Shown here in pieces: positions 23,126 through 36,100 of a stretch of DNA of 64,000 bases. The stretch is from Phoronis australis (lineage: Eukaryota > Animalia > Phoronida), in NCBI GenBank assembly GCA_002633005.1, contig NMRA01000175.1, positions 441,831-505,830 on the forward strand, read 5' to 3'. The position numbers and the translations under genes were made by a program. A model generated the notes under the pieces. It worked only from the letters and a program-made list of their open reading frames with translations, did no database searches and had not been told where the DNA came from. Numbering within the stretch: position 1 is the stretch's first letter; each line of letters opens with the position of its first letter.

Positions 23126-25360
23126 GACTAGAGAGTAATGGTTGTTTCTAATGAATCTTTTGTTTACTAGGTAATTTTGTTTTCAAAGTCAACTTTACAA
23201 TGTTTTGACCTCAAAGGTGTTGCGAAATGGTCGTTTTTTTATATGCCAAGACTCCATTAAGGCATAAGTGTCTTAAGATCAATGAGTCTCTTTTAGTTTG
23301 GCAAGTGTTTTTTTTTTGTCCAGAGTTTCTTGTAGTTTTATCAATCTATCTTAAGGTGTGGCAAAGGTGAGCAAAGATTGGTGGATTTTTTTAGTTCTGT
23401 CGATCCAATTAGATCTCATAAGCTAGTGTAGGAAGCGGTGAAGCCCTGTGCTATTAATGGATGGCATGAGGTGTCACATCCACAAAGGATTGTGGGATAG
23501 CAGTCATCCAAAGCAGCACCACAAGTGAACACATATAAACGATCGGTAGAAACCCTCACAGTTAAAACGAAACCTGCTTATAGCATTTGCTCGCTTATTA
23601 AGTTCCCATTTTTCTTTAATGTTTCTTCTACGTGTCATTTTTGATGAGCACTGACTCAACGCTCACATGGTAATAAGGCACCAAGTGGATAACTTACCAA
23701 CTTAACAGCAAACCAGTGCATGCGAATCTATAAATTAGTCGCGCAAACTCCTCAGTTTTATATTTGTGCACTGCGCGTGACTCACAAGCACATGATTTGC
23801 TTTGCGTGGCCAGTCAAGCGATTGGACAGTCTTACATACGGAGAAATGACAAGTAAACGGTTCTATGGTTTTCATTTTCTGTTATATTGAACCTCAGATA
23901 CAATGAACATCTTCTGTAGGTCTTGGGAGGTTTGTTGTAATGAGGTTTGGCTGTATTTCAGTTCATTATAGACTACGAGTAAACAGGTAGCATTTCTCCA
24001 AAATCAAATGTCAGATTACCAAGTAGATGATCGCCTGCGTGACACTTTGTGGATTATGTATTGGGTGACTCGTACCTCACAAATTCTGTGCTCAGGGATG
24101 TGCATTGCATTGATTTTCACTGTTTCCGTAAAAGGTCAATGGGAAGTGCAGTTTGTAAGTGCAATAAATATGGTAAAATCTCACAAATTTCCGACTCCAA
24201 TAATTGCCAAAATTGATCATTTTCCGACATTGTTGTGAATGAACACATTTTCTCAAAGCATTGTATGGCTGTAGCTGTTACATAGGAATTGAAAATGATA
24301 TGCTTCTTATCTTTTTTGAAAAAAAAAAAACAAATGAAGGTTCATTTGTCCTCCGTGTTATATCCAAAATTAGCAAGATTTTGCCGTATGGAGAATTGAT
24401 GATAATCTTTTATAAACGCAACGCCTAAAATACCCTCATAAAGGGTCATTCCTTGCTCATGGTCTCTGTTAAACCACGTTTTCAATGCATTATAAAAACC
24501 TCCCGTTTGGTTTTAACTCTAGATGACCAATGTTTTTAAATCTAGGCTAGTCCAGATATCATTAGGACTCGCATGCCAGTTATCTACCACCGTTCAAAGG
24601 TTTCCTCAAACCATTCATCAAGGGAACCAGAGAACCCAAACTACAGTGTAATGCGATCTATTTTGGCAATGTTTTTATCACATTTCTTCAGATAAAATTT
24701 ATCCTAACGTAACTTTTTGCAAGGAATTCGATTTCAGAAGCCAAACAGTTTCAAAATCCCCAGTTTTGGTGAAATTGTACAAAATTAATCTATCTGCAAA
24801 GTGCACCGTGCCATGAAACAGGCCGAGTTTCTAAAGGACTAAGGACTCGTTGGTATTGTGATTTTTGATTTTAGGTTGCTAATCTTTTCTTATCTCATAA
24901 TTGCAATTTGATTACATGTAAAAATAATGGAGACCAAATCCAATGAATGGCTATTGGTTGGGCTTCCAGTGTGGGTCATAGGATCCTGTATATGAAAAGT
25001 TTTGTTTTTAATGAAGGTAGATCTGTAATGTCATTTGGGTTTATGAAATTAATATTGTCATTGTCAGTATTTTGTTTACGAGCTCCATCTATTGGCTGTG
25101 CTGTATTGCAAGGAGAAATAAATTGTGTTTAACTTGGAATTAGTAAGCTTCAGTTAGATCTAGTAATTATGATGTAGATTGAGGTAGAGAAGTATCTGGA
25201 AAGTGACTGACTTTCGTTAGCTGCTAGATGAAAAATGGCTATTATTTTGAGAAATGCTTTGCTTGGAAATTTCCCAAACTATGTCAAAATCATGCGTGTG
25301 TACCTGTGTGTTTTTAGTGTGAATGGAGATGTTTTAAACTTTGATGTGAGCCAAAAATGT

Positions 25361-28027
25361 TTTTATGCACCCTCATCTTTATTAGTGGACGCATTATGCC
25401 ATCATCTCCGTCCGTCCGTCCAGCGTCTGTCTGGCATCCATCCGTCTGGCATCCGCTGCTCTATCTCCAAAACCCTTTGACATACGTTCATGAAATTTAG
25501 CACATATGTTCCTTTCATGGATGGGATGGCATGAGCGAACTTTCGGACAGATCCGACTACCAGTGTGCCCCCTAGTGGCAATTTTATTTTTTTACGCTTA
25601 CCTAGTCTATATATTCAAAGGTCCTCAACGTATTTTCATAAAATTTAGCATATAGGCATCTTATTCTATTAGTGAGTTGATGCTATCCTTCCATTTTCGG
25701 ATGGATTCAACAAAGTTTGCGCCACCTAATGGCCATTATTGTTGTTTTTGAGTCTGTTTTTTGGCGTCCACCCCTCTATCAACCAAAGCGCTCTAAGGAT
25801 GATTGTGAAAATTGGCATGTATGTTTTTACTATGAAGAGGACGGCTGATGATGATTTTCTGACGATTTCGTCTACTGTGGCACCATCTGGTGGCAGTTTT
25901 GTTTTTTTTGCGCCCATTGCTGTATTTCCTAAACTGTTGGCAGGATCTTTACTAAATTTAGCAAGTGTATTTATATGATGTTGACAATGGATGACGACGA
26001 CTTTTGGAAGCATCTGACAACCGGCGTGCCCCCTAGTGGCAATTATATTTTATATCTTCAGAGGTCTTCAGTGTATTGTCATAAAATTTGGCGTATAGGC
26101 ATCTATTAGTGAGGTGACGCTATCATCCTGTTTTCGGATGGATTTGACGTAGTTTGCGCCTCCTAGTGGCCATTTTTAGTCTGTTTTTGGCGTCCACTCT
26201 TCTATCAACCTAACGGCTCTAAAGATGATTGTGAAAATTGGCATCTATGTTCTTACTACAAAGCTGACAATGACTTTCCGACAACTTTGACTACTGTGGT
26301 GCCTCCTAGTAGCAGTTTTGTTTTTTGCGCCCATGGTTGTATCTCCTAAACCGTTTGCAGGATCTTTGCTAAGTATAGCAAGTGTATTTACATTATGTTC
26401 ACAACGGATGACAACAACTTTCGGACGGATCTGACTACCAGTGTTCCCCCTAGTGGCAATTTCAGTTTTTAAGGTTTACCTCTATCTTCAAAGGTCCTCA
26501 ACAGATTTTCAGAAAATTTGGAATATAGGCATCTATTGGTGAGATGGTGCTATCCTCTCGTTTTTGGATGGAATCTAGGCACTTTGCGTCACCTAGTGGC
26601 CATTTTTCCTGTTTTCGAGTGTGTTTTTTGGCGTCTACCCCTCGATCAACCAAACCATTCTAGGGATGATTTTAAAAATTGGCGTGTATGTTCTCAATGT
26701 GAAGAGGGCGGTTGACTATAACGAATTTGACTACTGTGGCACTTCCTGGTCATAGTTTTGTTTTGTGCCCATAGCTGCATCTCCTTAACACATTGCATGA
26801 TCTTCATTAAATTTAGTAACTGTATTTATATGAAGCTAACAACAGACTACGTCTTTCAGCAGTGGCGGTTCTAGGATATCACAAGGGTGGGGCAACATTT
26901 GTCTGTATTGTAAATACTTGCGCAAACCACGATTGTAGATGCGCGCAGCACCGAATGGGTTGACATCGGGAGGGGGGGTTTGCCCAGGAAATTTTTTCTG
27001 TTTTTTCCTGTAAAATCAAGCATTTTCCTTGATTCCTGAAATATTATTCAAGAAAAAAAAACACGAAGAACGTGTTAAACTTGAAAACCTGCAATTACCA
27101 CAGACTCGAACTCTTGACCTGGCGGATAGAGCTCGCGTGCTTTACCACTGCACCACCACGATTTCCCTCGTACTTAGATAATAAGAGACCTACTTATGCC
27201 TATTTATGGTCCACAGCGTCTGCGCGCGAAACTTGCTTCTTTTTGTAATGCTTATTACACTTTTTGTGTAATCAGTTCGTAACAAATTTTTTGTATTTAA
27301 CATAGTCTTCAATTGCCCAAAAGACCAAATCCGTTTTTTTGTGTTGGCATTAATGTCGCGATTGCTTTGGAAATCTTTTTAAGTTAAGGTTTGACAAAGA
27401 GAGAATTATGAGTTTCTGAGTGATTTACTAAGGCTTCGATTAAAATTCACATCTTAACCAGCAGCTTCTGTTTTTACATCGTCACTCAGATTCCATTTTC
27501 TTTAAAAAATGAAATAATTTTCTTCATTGCACAGTGCAGCAGACGACGGAAACGGAGTCGTAGTGCGCAGCGCCACTGCCGGTCGCCTGGGATATCGCCC
27601 CTCCCCCCTCCCAAAAAAACCCACTAAAACTGCACACATTTAAATCTTGTTTCAGCCGTATAATGTTAATTACCGAGGTTAATTAATAAACTCAACATTC
27701 TTCCTACGTTCTTGCGGTTTTATTTTTTGCGGCAGCCAAGGGGGGGGGGGGCTATGTTCAAGCCGATCCAATGAACGCTGTCCCCCATTCTGGCAATTTC
27801 ATTTTTTTCCGTTTTCCTTTGTTTCCCTGAAGTTGCTTGACAGATTCTTATAAAATTTGGTAAATAGCTTTCTAATAAAGAAGAGATGACATTTTTTCGT
27901 TTTCAGGTTGATTGGATTATTTTGCACCATCTAGTGGCTATTTTTATGAAACAAATAAACAACCCTAGAAGCACACCGTTTGCGGTGCATTCGTGGGCTC
28001 ATTTCAACGCTCTGCGTTGCTCTTGTT
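25361..28027 (+). mobile_element. Helentron-associated (HINE-like) element with internal ~145-bp tandem repeats and a nested insertion
   Basis: 5' ttttatgcacc, (GTCC)n microsatellite at 25407-25455, higher-order trimeric repeats at 25500-26850, 3' ggtgcat (27984-27990), hairpin caacgc-tct-gcgttg and terminal ctcttgtt. Confidence 0.7.
26860..27755. mobile_element. Insertion nested in the HINE-like element (CAGTGGCG-type MITE start; contains a tRNA-derived fragment at about 27100-27160)
   Basis: The tandem repeat stops at cagtggcggttctagg (26860) and resumes at about 27757. Confidence 0.5.
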
Positions 28028-28928
28028 ATAGTATGAAGTATGACAAGCTTTAGTACTGATTGCATAAATCATGTTGAACAGCAGATGGACTGAATGTTGC
28101 ATGAGGTCTATTATGGAACGTACTGAACTGTCAGTTGAGACTATCACAGGTGTGGAAAATAAATCACCCAGAAATAGCCACATTCGTGACTAGTTTCATC
28201 TGCTTCTTATGGAGTAACAGTCGGGTGCAGTACATACAGCAAGTATATGTACATGAAAACAGTGAGTTGGCAGATGGACAGATTGTCGGATAGTTAGGTT
28301 TTCAGGCCTTCGTGCAAGGATACAGCATTGTAGACAAGCAGCCAAAACAGGTACGCACGGCAAGTACATAAAAGAACACTGACTCATTCTAAGAGTAAGT
28401 GAAATGCCATGTAATACTAGCAAAGCACAAACTTATACAGCAACTCATATTAACCAGCAGAGGACTCAATTCTAGAACGAGAAGAAGAAACAACAAAGAT
28501 GACTGAAGCATAAGTTCCGCTACCGTACTCTCAACAGCTGACTAAAAACCTACAAAGCTTTGATACTTACAGCACGGGTTCTATCAATCCCCAAAGGTGT
28601 AAATTTTGTAGGAATAGTGGTTTCACAGGGAGAGGAAATACTAAGAGAATCCTGGAATATCTTAAGCTGAGAACAGAGTCACCTGGTGTTGAAGTGATAA
28701 TGATTACAATAGATAGCAATACCTTTCAGTACGCATAATAATAATATTACGTTCCACCTATCTTGCATCGACCCAACTCAGTACAAACTAACTCACTGGA
28801 GTCAACCCTAAGAACGCTGCCAAAGTTTTAATGTAGCATAAACAGCCTAGTTAAAAGCAACAATGCACTATTCTTTTTTCGGAGTTTTCGTTTCTCTGAG
28901 TTCGCCGTCTTCGCCAAATGGGATTCTC

Positions 28929-28941
28929 NNNNNNNNNNNNN
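28929..28941. other. Assembly gap (13 N)
   Basis: Run of N bases. Confidence 1.
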
Positions 28942-30756
28942 CGACCCCCCCCCCCACTACAGCCTGGATGCGCGCGTGCGATACTTACTGGATACGGTTG
29001 AGAGATTTACGGCGGGTTATTTTCGACACAAAACTCGTCCTTAGAAACATTTGCCAATTTTCAACATACTTCATATTCACATCGTCGCGATATGTTGTGT
29101 TTCTAATTTGACCAAAGCATCACAGAGATAAGGAATTGGCTCACAAGTTGCACCACCATTTACCTTCTTGTGACGAGTGACTACATGTCAGCATCATTAA
29201 AACATCCTTTATAACACTGTATATCACAACCGAGAATTCAATGCCCCCAAAAATGGTTAAATAGAAGAAAGACGACTTTAATTGAAAGTTTCTTAGCTCC
29301 ACGTGAATGAGTGTGACGTATGAACTCATTCAGCTTCAGTGTGTCATGTCGACCAACGCGCGAGTTTCGCATACATGTGTGCCATGTCGGGGCTTCTCTG
29401 ATGTGCGGGAAAGTGAAGAGAGCCGCAGTGTAATCACAACCACCACGAACGCACTGCTCATCACCATTCTTCATTGTGCCATAAACCACGGGAAAACGAG
29501 TTATAATATCTCTTTGTCACACTAAACACTACGAAGGGTGACTTATCGTGTGACTGACAAGTCCCGGTTCTACGTAGTGTGTATCGGCCAATCAATGCTC
29601 AGTCGTATATTTAGATCAGCTAATTAACATATAGTCAGATAGTGTTTGCGGGTGTTCTAATTTGACAGCTGGTCAACTGGGGGGGTGGTATTTTTGATAT
29701 GGATTTGGTGATTTCAGGCACTTTGAGGCTAGTTGTTATTCAATTTCTGTGGTCGACATGCAATTACTGACTGAAGTGAGTGGAAATTGAGTGTCGTCCA
29801 TGAATGGTGACTTGCATGGCTTGAACATTTGTGTCTGCAGTCAGTCGTTTAACACGAACGTGTGAATCCTTTGTGTACACGTACACCCAGGTTTAACTTA
29901 GAAGTAGTGGCGTTGTAGTCAACCAGAACATGATCTGTCCTTTGGCCGGATTTGGGGCTCTTGAAAGACGTACATTAGACTTTCTGGACTTGCTCGTTTT
30001 GATGTGGATGATAACCCAGGAAAATCATTCAACCAAATAAATAGATTTGATCTCTGTGACAGACGAGCAAGTCAATGTTTTGTTTCGATAAGCTAATCTA
30101 TGTGTTTTATCTAAGACCCATTAAACACAATCCCGTGTTTATTGGATCCTAGGTTTTACTGGGGTATGTACATTTTCATCCCACTGGTGGATATCATAGA
30201 ACAAATGTAAATGTGGTAAAGAATTGTGCTTTGTTAATTTCAGGATAATTGAAATTTCCAAAGTTATATCGGGTGATTATGAGTTGTTGAGCAGTTGAGT
30301 AGCTTGACCCAGGGGGGTGGTGCTGGCAAAGGAGGGGTAACATCATTATATTCTGTCTTCCGATGAAAACAATATCTAGCTGGTAAATAAATTCTAAACT
30401 GTCCTTTTTGTTATATCAGAAAAAAGCCGAAAATACAGGCAAGAAACTTTGTGTTTAGATTAAAAATTTTAATTATTTGCTTTGAACATTAAAGCATTCT
30501 TCTAATTTGCTTTCGTGAACTATTATCGAAACTGAGATGTTTTGGCATTGAACTAGGATCCCCCTCGGCAAACGCGAGCCAGTCTCTTAATAACTGTTTA
30601 CACTCGCGACGTGGTGCGAGCCGGTCCGACGGGATTAAACTGACTACCCGGGGGATGAAACTGAACTGAGTTGAGCTCTCGCAAAAGTGCAATATGGACT
30701 TATGGTTTAAATTTATGATTTTCATACTGCATGAATCTCTCCAGCTTCACTTTTAA

Positions 30757-30913
30757 CACGGGCGCTTCCAGGATTTTGAGTTGGGGGGCGGGGAGGGGGG
30801 GCAGCAGAGTATTAGCCAGGATTTTGCCCCTCAGACATTTGCGCTCCCAAATCATTTGGGAGAATTTTAGGGGGGGACATGGCCCCCTTGGCCTCCCTCT
30901 AAATCCGCCACTG
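30757..30913 (-). mobile_element. MITE family B copy (inverted relative to 55958-56117)
   Basis: Shares aaatgtctgaggggcaaaatcctggctaatact and both GC-rich ends with 55958-56117. Confidence 0.8.
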
Positions 30914-31578
30914 TAACTGATTAGCAACAGTGCATCGATTGTCTTGTCAAATATTGTTTGAATCTTGACACTGGCAGGTTTTCTTTTGTAGTAAAAGCCG
31001 CGAACGACGCCGGGATAACCGGGAACGGAACGGGTTTATGATCTATTTTTAAATCAAAATACGTGACATGTCATACCTCGTTAGCTCGCTAAAAGTCTCG
31101 AGTGTGATAAGTTATTGAGAGACTGGGACGCGTTTGCAGAATCTCGTTAGAAAAAGCGCCCAGCACGCCGTTACCATCCGTGTCACAAGACTAAATGCGA
31201 AAATGTGACGTAGTAAATTAAGCAAAGAATGCTAACCTCACGCATTGTTCACCCTCGCGTGTAGCCCAAGCTAATTGTGCAAATCGGGGCGCCTTCCACA
31301 GATGCAAGACACCTAAAGTTTGTGTGATTATGTATGCGCCTGTAGTACATTGCGAATTCGAGAAGACTTGCGTTTTCGCAAGTTTTTTGCGTGACGCAGC
31401 CTAGGAATTGTATTTCGAACAAATTCAAATAGTACATTCATTTGAAATGTATTTATTTTCTTTGACTTGTCAGTTCTTGCCGTGTTATTTTTTAGATTTG
31501 TGAAATTCCTGGGGCTTTTCAATAGTGCAATGAGCGATGAGCACGTGGTGACCTCACGGATGAACTCTGCATCGCCGT

Positions 31579-32485
31579 TAGGCAATGACCATCGCCTCTG
31601 TTGGCCCGAACCAGAGGCGATGCAGCTTCTATAGGCGCTCTGTACGCCGGAAGCTTTTCGGCGAATTATGCCTCGCACCGACTAAACCATCAAAGTCACG
31701 TTGTTATAAATACCTTTTGCTCATAGAGGAACACCTTAGGAGGTTGTCGATGTGTTTAATTCCTTCCAACTCGAACAAATACTCCCGTTATCAAACTTTT
31801 TTCTTCCAGCAGTCCCTATTTCAGTTCCCAAAATCGTGAACTCAACATTTTTATACTGCGCACGCTCCAATTATTTTTACCGCGCTCGCTAGGTGATGTG
31901 ACTTCATGACCTCAATCTTTAAATAGGCTAAAGGTGAGCCATTGCGGTCTTGTCAGTTAAATGTTCGTTTCCAAAATGCCACCACTTATACTTGTCTTTA
32001 ATTGGCGTTACTTGAAACTGATTGTATTTCAATGAATTATTGTTTGTATTTGATAAAAATAAATGCTGTTGATATGACATTTTAATGTTTAACAACACGG
32101 CAGCACTTACGCAAAGGGCGGGAACTTCAGCTTTCAAAGTTCGCCGGTAGGACCGCAACTTCTGACTGGGACCTTCGGCCTGGTTAAAAGAATCTTTTGG
32201 CGTGCGCCGAGTGAAAATGTTGAATTCACGATTTTGGGAACTGAAATAGGGACTGCTCGAAGAAAAAGTTTGATAACGGGAGTATTTGTTCGAGTTGGAA
32301 GGAATTAAACACATCGACAACCTCCTAAGGTGTTCCTCTATGCGCAAAAGGTATTTATAACAACGTGACTTTGATGGTTTAGTCGGTGCGAGGCATAATT
32401 CGCCGAAAAGCTTTCGGCGTACAGAGCGCCTATAGGAGCTGCATCGCCTCTGGTTCGGGCCAACAGAGGCGATGGTCATTGCCTA
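31579..32485. mobile_element. Non-autonomous DNA transposon with ~287-bp TIRs and 9-bp TSD (MULE/Foldback- or AcademH-like)
   Basis: Near-identical TIRs at 31579-31865 and 32200-32485, termini TAGG...CCTA, exact flanking duplication catcgccgt at 31570-31578 and 32486-32494. Confidence 0.9.
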
Positions 32486-33069
32486 CATCGCCGTCAGCCT
32501 TGCATCCAGCCTCCATTAGCATTAAAGTCTAGTTATCATGTCTGACGTCTGTTTCGTGATTAGTCAATCAAAATGAGGCCATCTAGTGTATTTGAATTAA
32601 ATGAACATTAAAAAACATACCTTTATAACCTTAAATATCGTAACCCGACTCTTGAGTCATAATCCAGACGGAAGATTAACGCGGGTTGTGACCAGCATGC
32701 CCACTGCTCGCATTGTCACTCGAGCGTGTTTTGATTTACCGTAAGTACTTGAACTTCCTTTTCTCATCGAGGTTATCCAAAAGGAACAGAATGCAACTGA
32801 AGCCACTGAGCAGCAACTGAATAAATGCATGTCTCAGAAAATGAGAGAAATAAGAGACAACTTGAAGTGCTAAATACGCATACGAGTCAAATCGTAGCTT
32901 AGAATGGTCAAAATCTGACAAATTTATGGCGTAGCTTTATGTTCACCAGACTCCAATGCTAGCTGGATTCGACGCTGGGTTACAATAAAACTTAATTTCG
33001 GACAGTCAAACATTTACTGCACTGTAATCTTCATTGTCTTGAACCAATGGAGATTTTTGAGTCATGTCC

Positions 33070-33075
33070 TTTATT
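33070..33075 (-). terminator. Candidate polyadenylation signal of the hexosaminidase gene
   Basis: AATAAA on the minus strand about 50 nt downstream of the stop codon. Confidence 0.45.
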
Positions 33076-33125
33076 GTAAATATGGTTACACATTCAGTTA
33101 GGCAAAAAACACGATAGGAAACGAT

Positions 33126-33192
33126 TTAAAAATCACTCGCTGCCTTCATTTGAAATGACACTGTTCTACTTTTGCGTTTGTTGTCAGTAGAC
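33126..33192 (-). CDS. Hexosaminidase terminal exon 8
   Basis: Acceptor ttctttttcag, STDNKRKSRTVSFQMKAASDF*, resembling the chitobiase C-terminal S-x-D-x-K-R-x-S-R pattern. Confidence 0.85.
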
Positions 33193-36100
33193 CTGAAAAA
33201 GAAGGATTAGAAGTACAATAACCAAGTGTAAATGGGTCGTATTACTTTGATTTGGTTGTCGTAATGTAACAGCGGTTTTCTTTACAGAGGGTTCGAACCC
33301 CTCCTCTCCACGAAGGGCTTCCAGTACGTGCTACGAAGGGGAAATTGCGTCTCGCTGTGATTGGTGAGAGTGATATTAAAGGCGAAATATGTTCCTCCCC
33401 GGCTCCCTCATTCTAGGTTTTTCGCACCTTATTCTTTTGTCTTTCACGTCATACCATTATTATTTCCTTTGTATGAAACGATAATTTGTTTTTTCCCAAA
33501 ATTCACTAGGCTCACTTCTCAATATTTGTGTTATGATTTTTAAGTAAATGCACAAAGTGGTCACGAAAAAGGATAAAAGTCCTCACGGAAACTCAACAAA
33601 TTCTGTTTACGTTTTTCTTGCCAAAGTCAACTGTTGTGCCAAAAACATTTTCTGATTTTTATAAGGACTCTCTTACAAACCGCACTTTCTTAGGCCTATG
33701 TTGCTAATGCATTACTAAGACTACCCGCAGTGGATAGCTGAATACATCAAAAATAACAAAAGTCCGCTGGAGGAAGGTTTTAAAACTCAATGTTTCCTTT
33801 CTAATTAACTCACCTCGTGCGTAACATTATGTTTCCGCCTTTCACTGTGACGTAAGGATGGTAGGTGCACCAAGTGGCGCCGCCATCTTGACTGAACTCT
33901 ATCTCTAGACCAGAGATAGCGGAGTTGGCGTACAGTACGTCGTTCAGTACAGCGCAATTAGCCCTGGGGTAAAACGTATCAATGCATGATTTCTAGCTCA
34001 ATGCAAGTAGACTAAAGGCGATAGTTTGTGTGAGTGACATTGTAGCTGACACTGTATTCCTGCTTAGACTTTCTCTTGGTGCTGTTCAAGGGAAAGCAAC
34101 CATTTTTGATTTTACGCCAATTTACAAAAGTTCACTTCCCGCTCTATATTAGGTTATGTAAGGCCTTATCGACACTGTAGTTTGTGCAGTTAGTCAAATA
34201 TATACATAAAACTAGAGATCTTTGCTCAGTAAAATTATTTTCTGTAAACAAAAAGCATGTAGATCGTCAATGATGTTTGACTTTTTACCAATCTGCCATT
34301 AATTGTGTCATGAGGCCATGTGTTTTTAGTAAAATTTAGAAAACAAGGTACATTGATAACAAAACAAATGGATCAACACGTGGTCAGATTTCATTTGAAA
34401 TAAATGCTCAAGATAAAACCTTAAAAGCGCTTTTACAGTTTTCTTAATTGTCATGATTTCGATTTTAATTTTGTGTTACTTTTGAACTTTCCTATGAAAA
34501 TCAAAGAATTTTGGATAACGCTGCATAAAGCTCGGTACATATAACTGAAAGTTTCATATGAATCTGATCGTCCGATTTCTGATACACGGTGTTCCGAAGT
34601 TAAAGATTAAGTTTGGACATTTTTCTAAGGTACCACATAACCCTAAAGTCGTGCATTAATACCTAGCTCCAGGTGGGGGTAGGTGGTACGTATATCCGTT
34701 CTTATCAAGTCGGCGAAGGGCGTTTTTTCCCAGTAGACACGAGAACCTCTCCCAGTCCCGACTCCGCGATTTCCTTCGTTTCTTTTCGTCAGTTTCGAAC
34801 TCCCAGTCCGCTTTGTGCCAAGCTCTCTCGGCGAAGGCCAGCAGTCTCGGTGTTGCCATGGACCACAGCTGATCTGTCGTTCGAATAGTTTCAGACCATA
34901 TTGCCGCCTGAAGGCCTATGAAAAGAGAGCTTCAATTTAGTGAGTTAAAACTTTGGTCAGTGGATGGACTAGAGTGTCACACGAAGAGGAAGAGATGACG
35001 ATGGCGAAAATTTCAATTTAATAGTGTGCTAAAACTTCTTGGTGACTGATACCCGAGCAGTAATTGTTTCAGCAATGGTGTGATTTGCAATGCCATTAAA
35101 TCAAACTGGTTCGCGGCTTGATGGTATTCTACAACGTCTTCTATATCAACTTTGATTTCAGAGGTTTTATACAGGTAAGAAATGTGGGATTAGTGAGAGC
35201 GAAAGGTTGAGTGGAACAAAAGTTCGGTCAAGAAGATGTAACATATAGAACACCATAGATGTATTGATGAGCTGTGAATATCTAATGTATAACTTCCTTA
35301 CCTAAAATGTTTTCGGGCTTATTCAGTGGAGTGCAGTTTTCTATATTGGCGCACAAATCCTTCTTAGTGTATGGTTCACCACTGCGTTTCTCTTCAATAT
35401 TGTCGTAGAGACTGTCTGGTAGAAATCCGAACACCTTCTCCGTGTCAGTGTACCTGGGCGCCCAGTAGTAACCTCTCTCTTCCGGATCCGGTTCATAAGG
35501 ATGGTCAAAATACAAATGGGTAGCCTGTGCCATGACCACCTTGAAGCCAGCGTTGGCGAGTAGGTAGGCTCTGTTTCCCACTCCCCATTCCCAGATATTC
35601 TGCCATGCGTATCCAATCACGTCATTGTTCTTGAATGATGACCGATTGTATACCATTGCGTCTAGTAGACCGTCTTCCCAACCAGCCATGTTCATCCCCA
35701 ATGATGCCGTAATGGCGGAGACTCGAAGTGCAAAGTATTCTGACAGGTTATTTACCCCTTTGTCTTTTTTTAACTTGAGACAAGCTGGCGACTTCTGCCA
35801 AGCACCCCTGGGCTTTTCATCTCCACCGTAATGATACGTCAACAATGCCAAGTTGACGTCAGTATACATTTTCTTTATCTCTGTAACAACTTTCGTGACG
35901 AACGTATAAGTTGAATCAATGCACGGATTGATAGCATTGTCCGTAAAATACTGAATCGATTCGTACTTGGACGGATCGTCGATTTCATCTAAGAGATACT
36001 CGGAAGCTTTCGTTATGTCTGTGGATTTATATTTATTAAATCTGGCTCTCATCGCTTTGATGGCTGCATGGGCGTGGCCAGGCATGTCGAATTCGGGGAT

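Noticed and set aside
31585-32479. Duplicated gene pair MTIASVGPNQRRC on opposite strands
   Set aside because: These are the two TIR arms of a non-autonomous transposon; no recognisable protein motifs.
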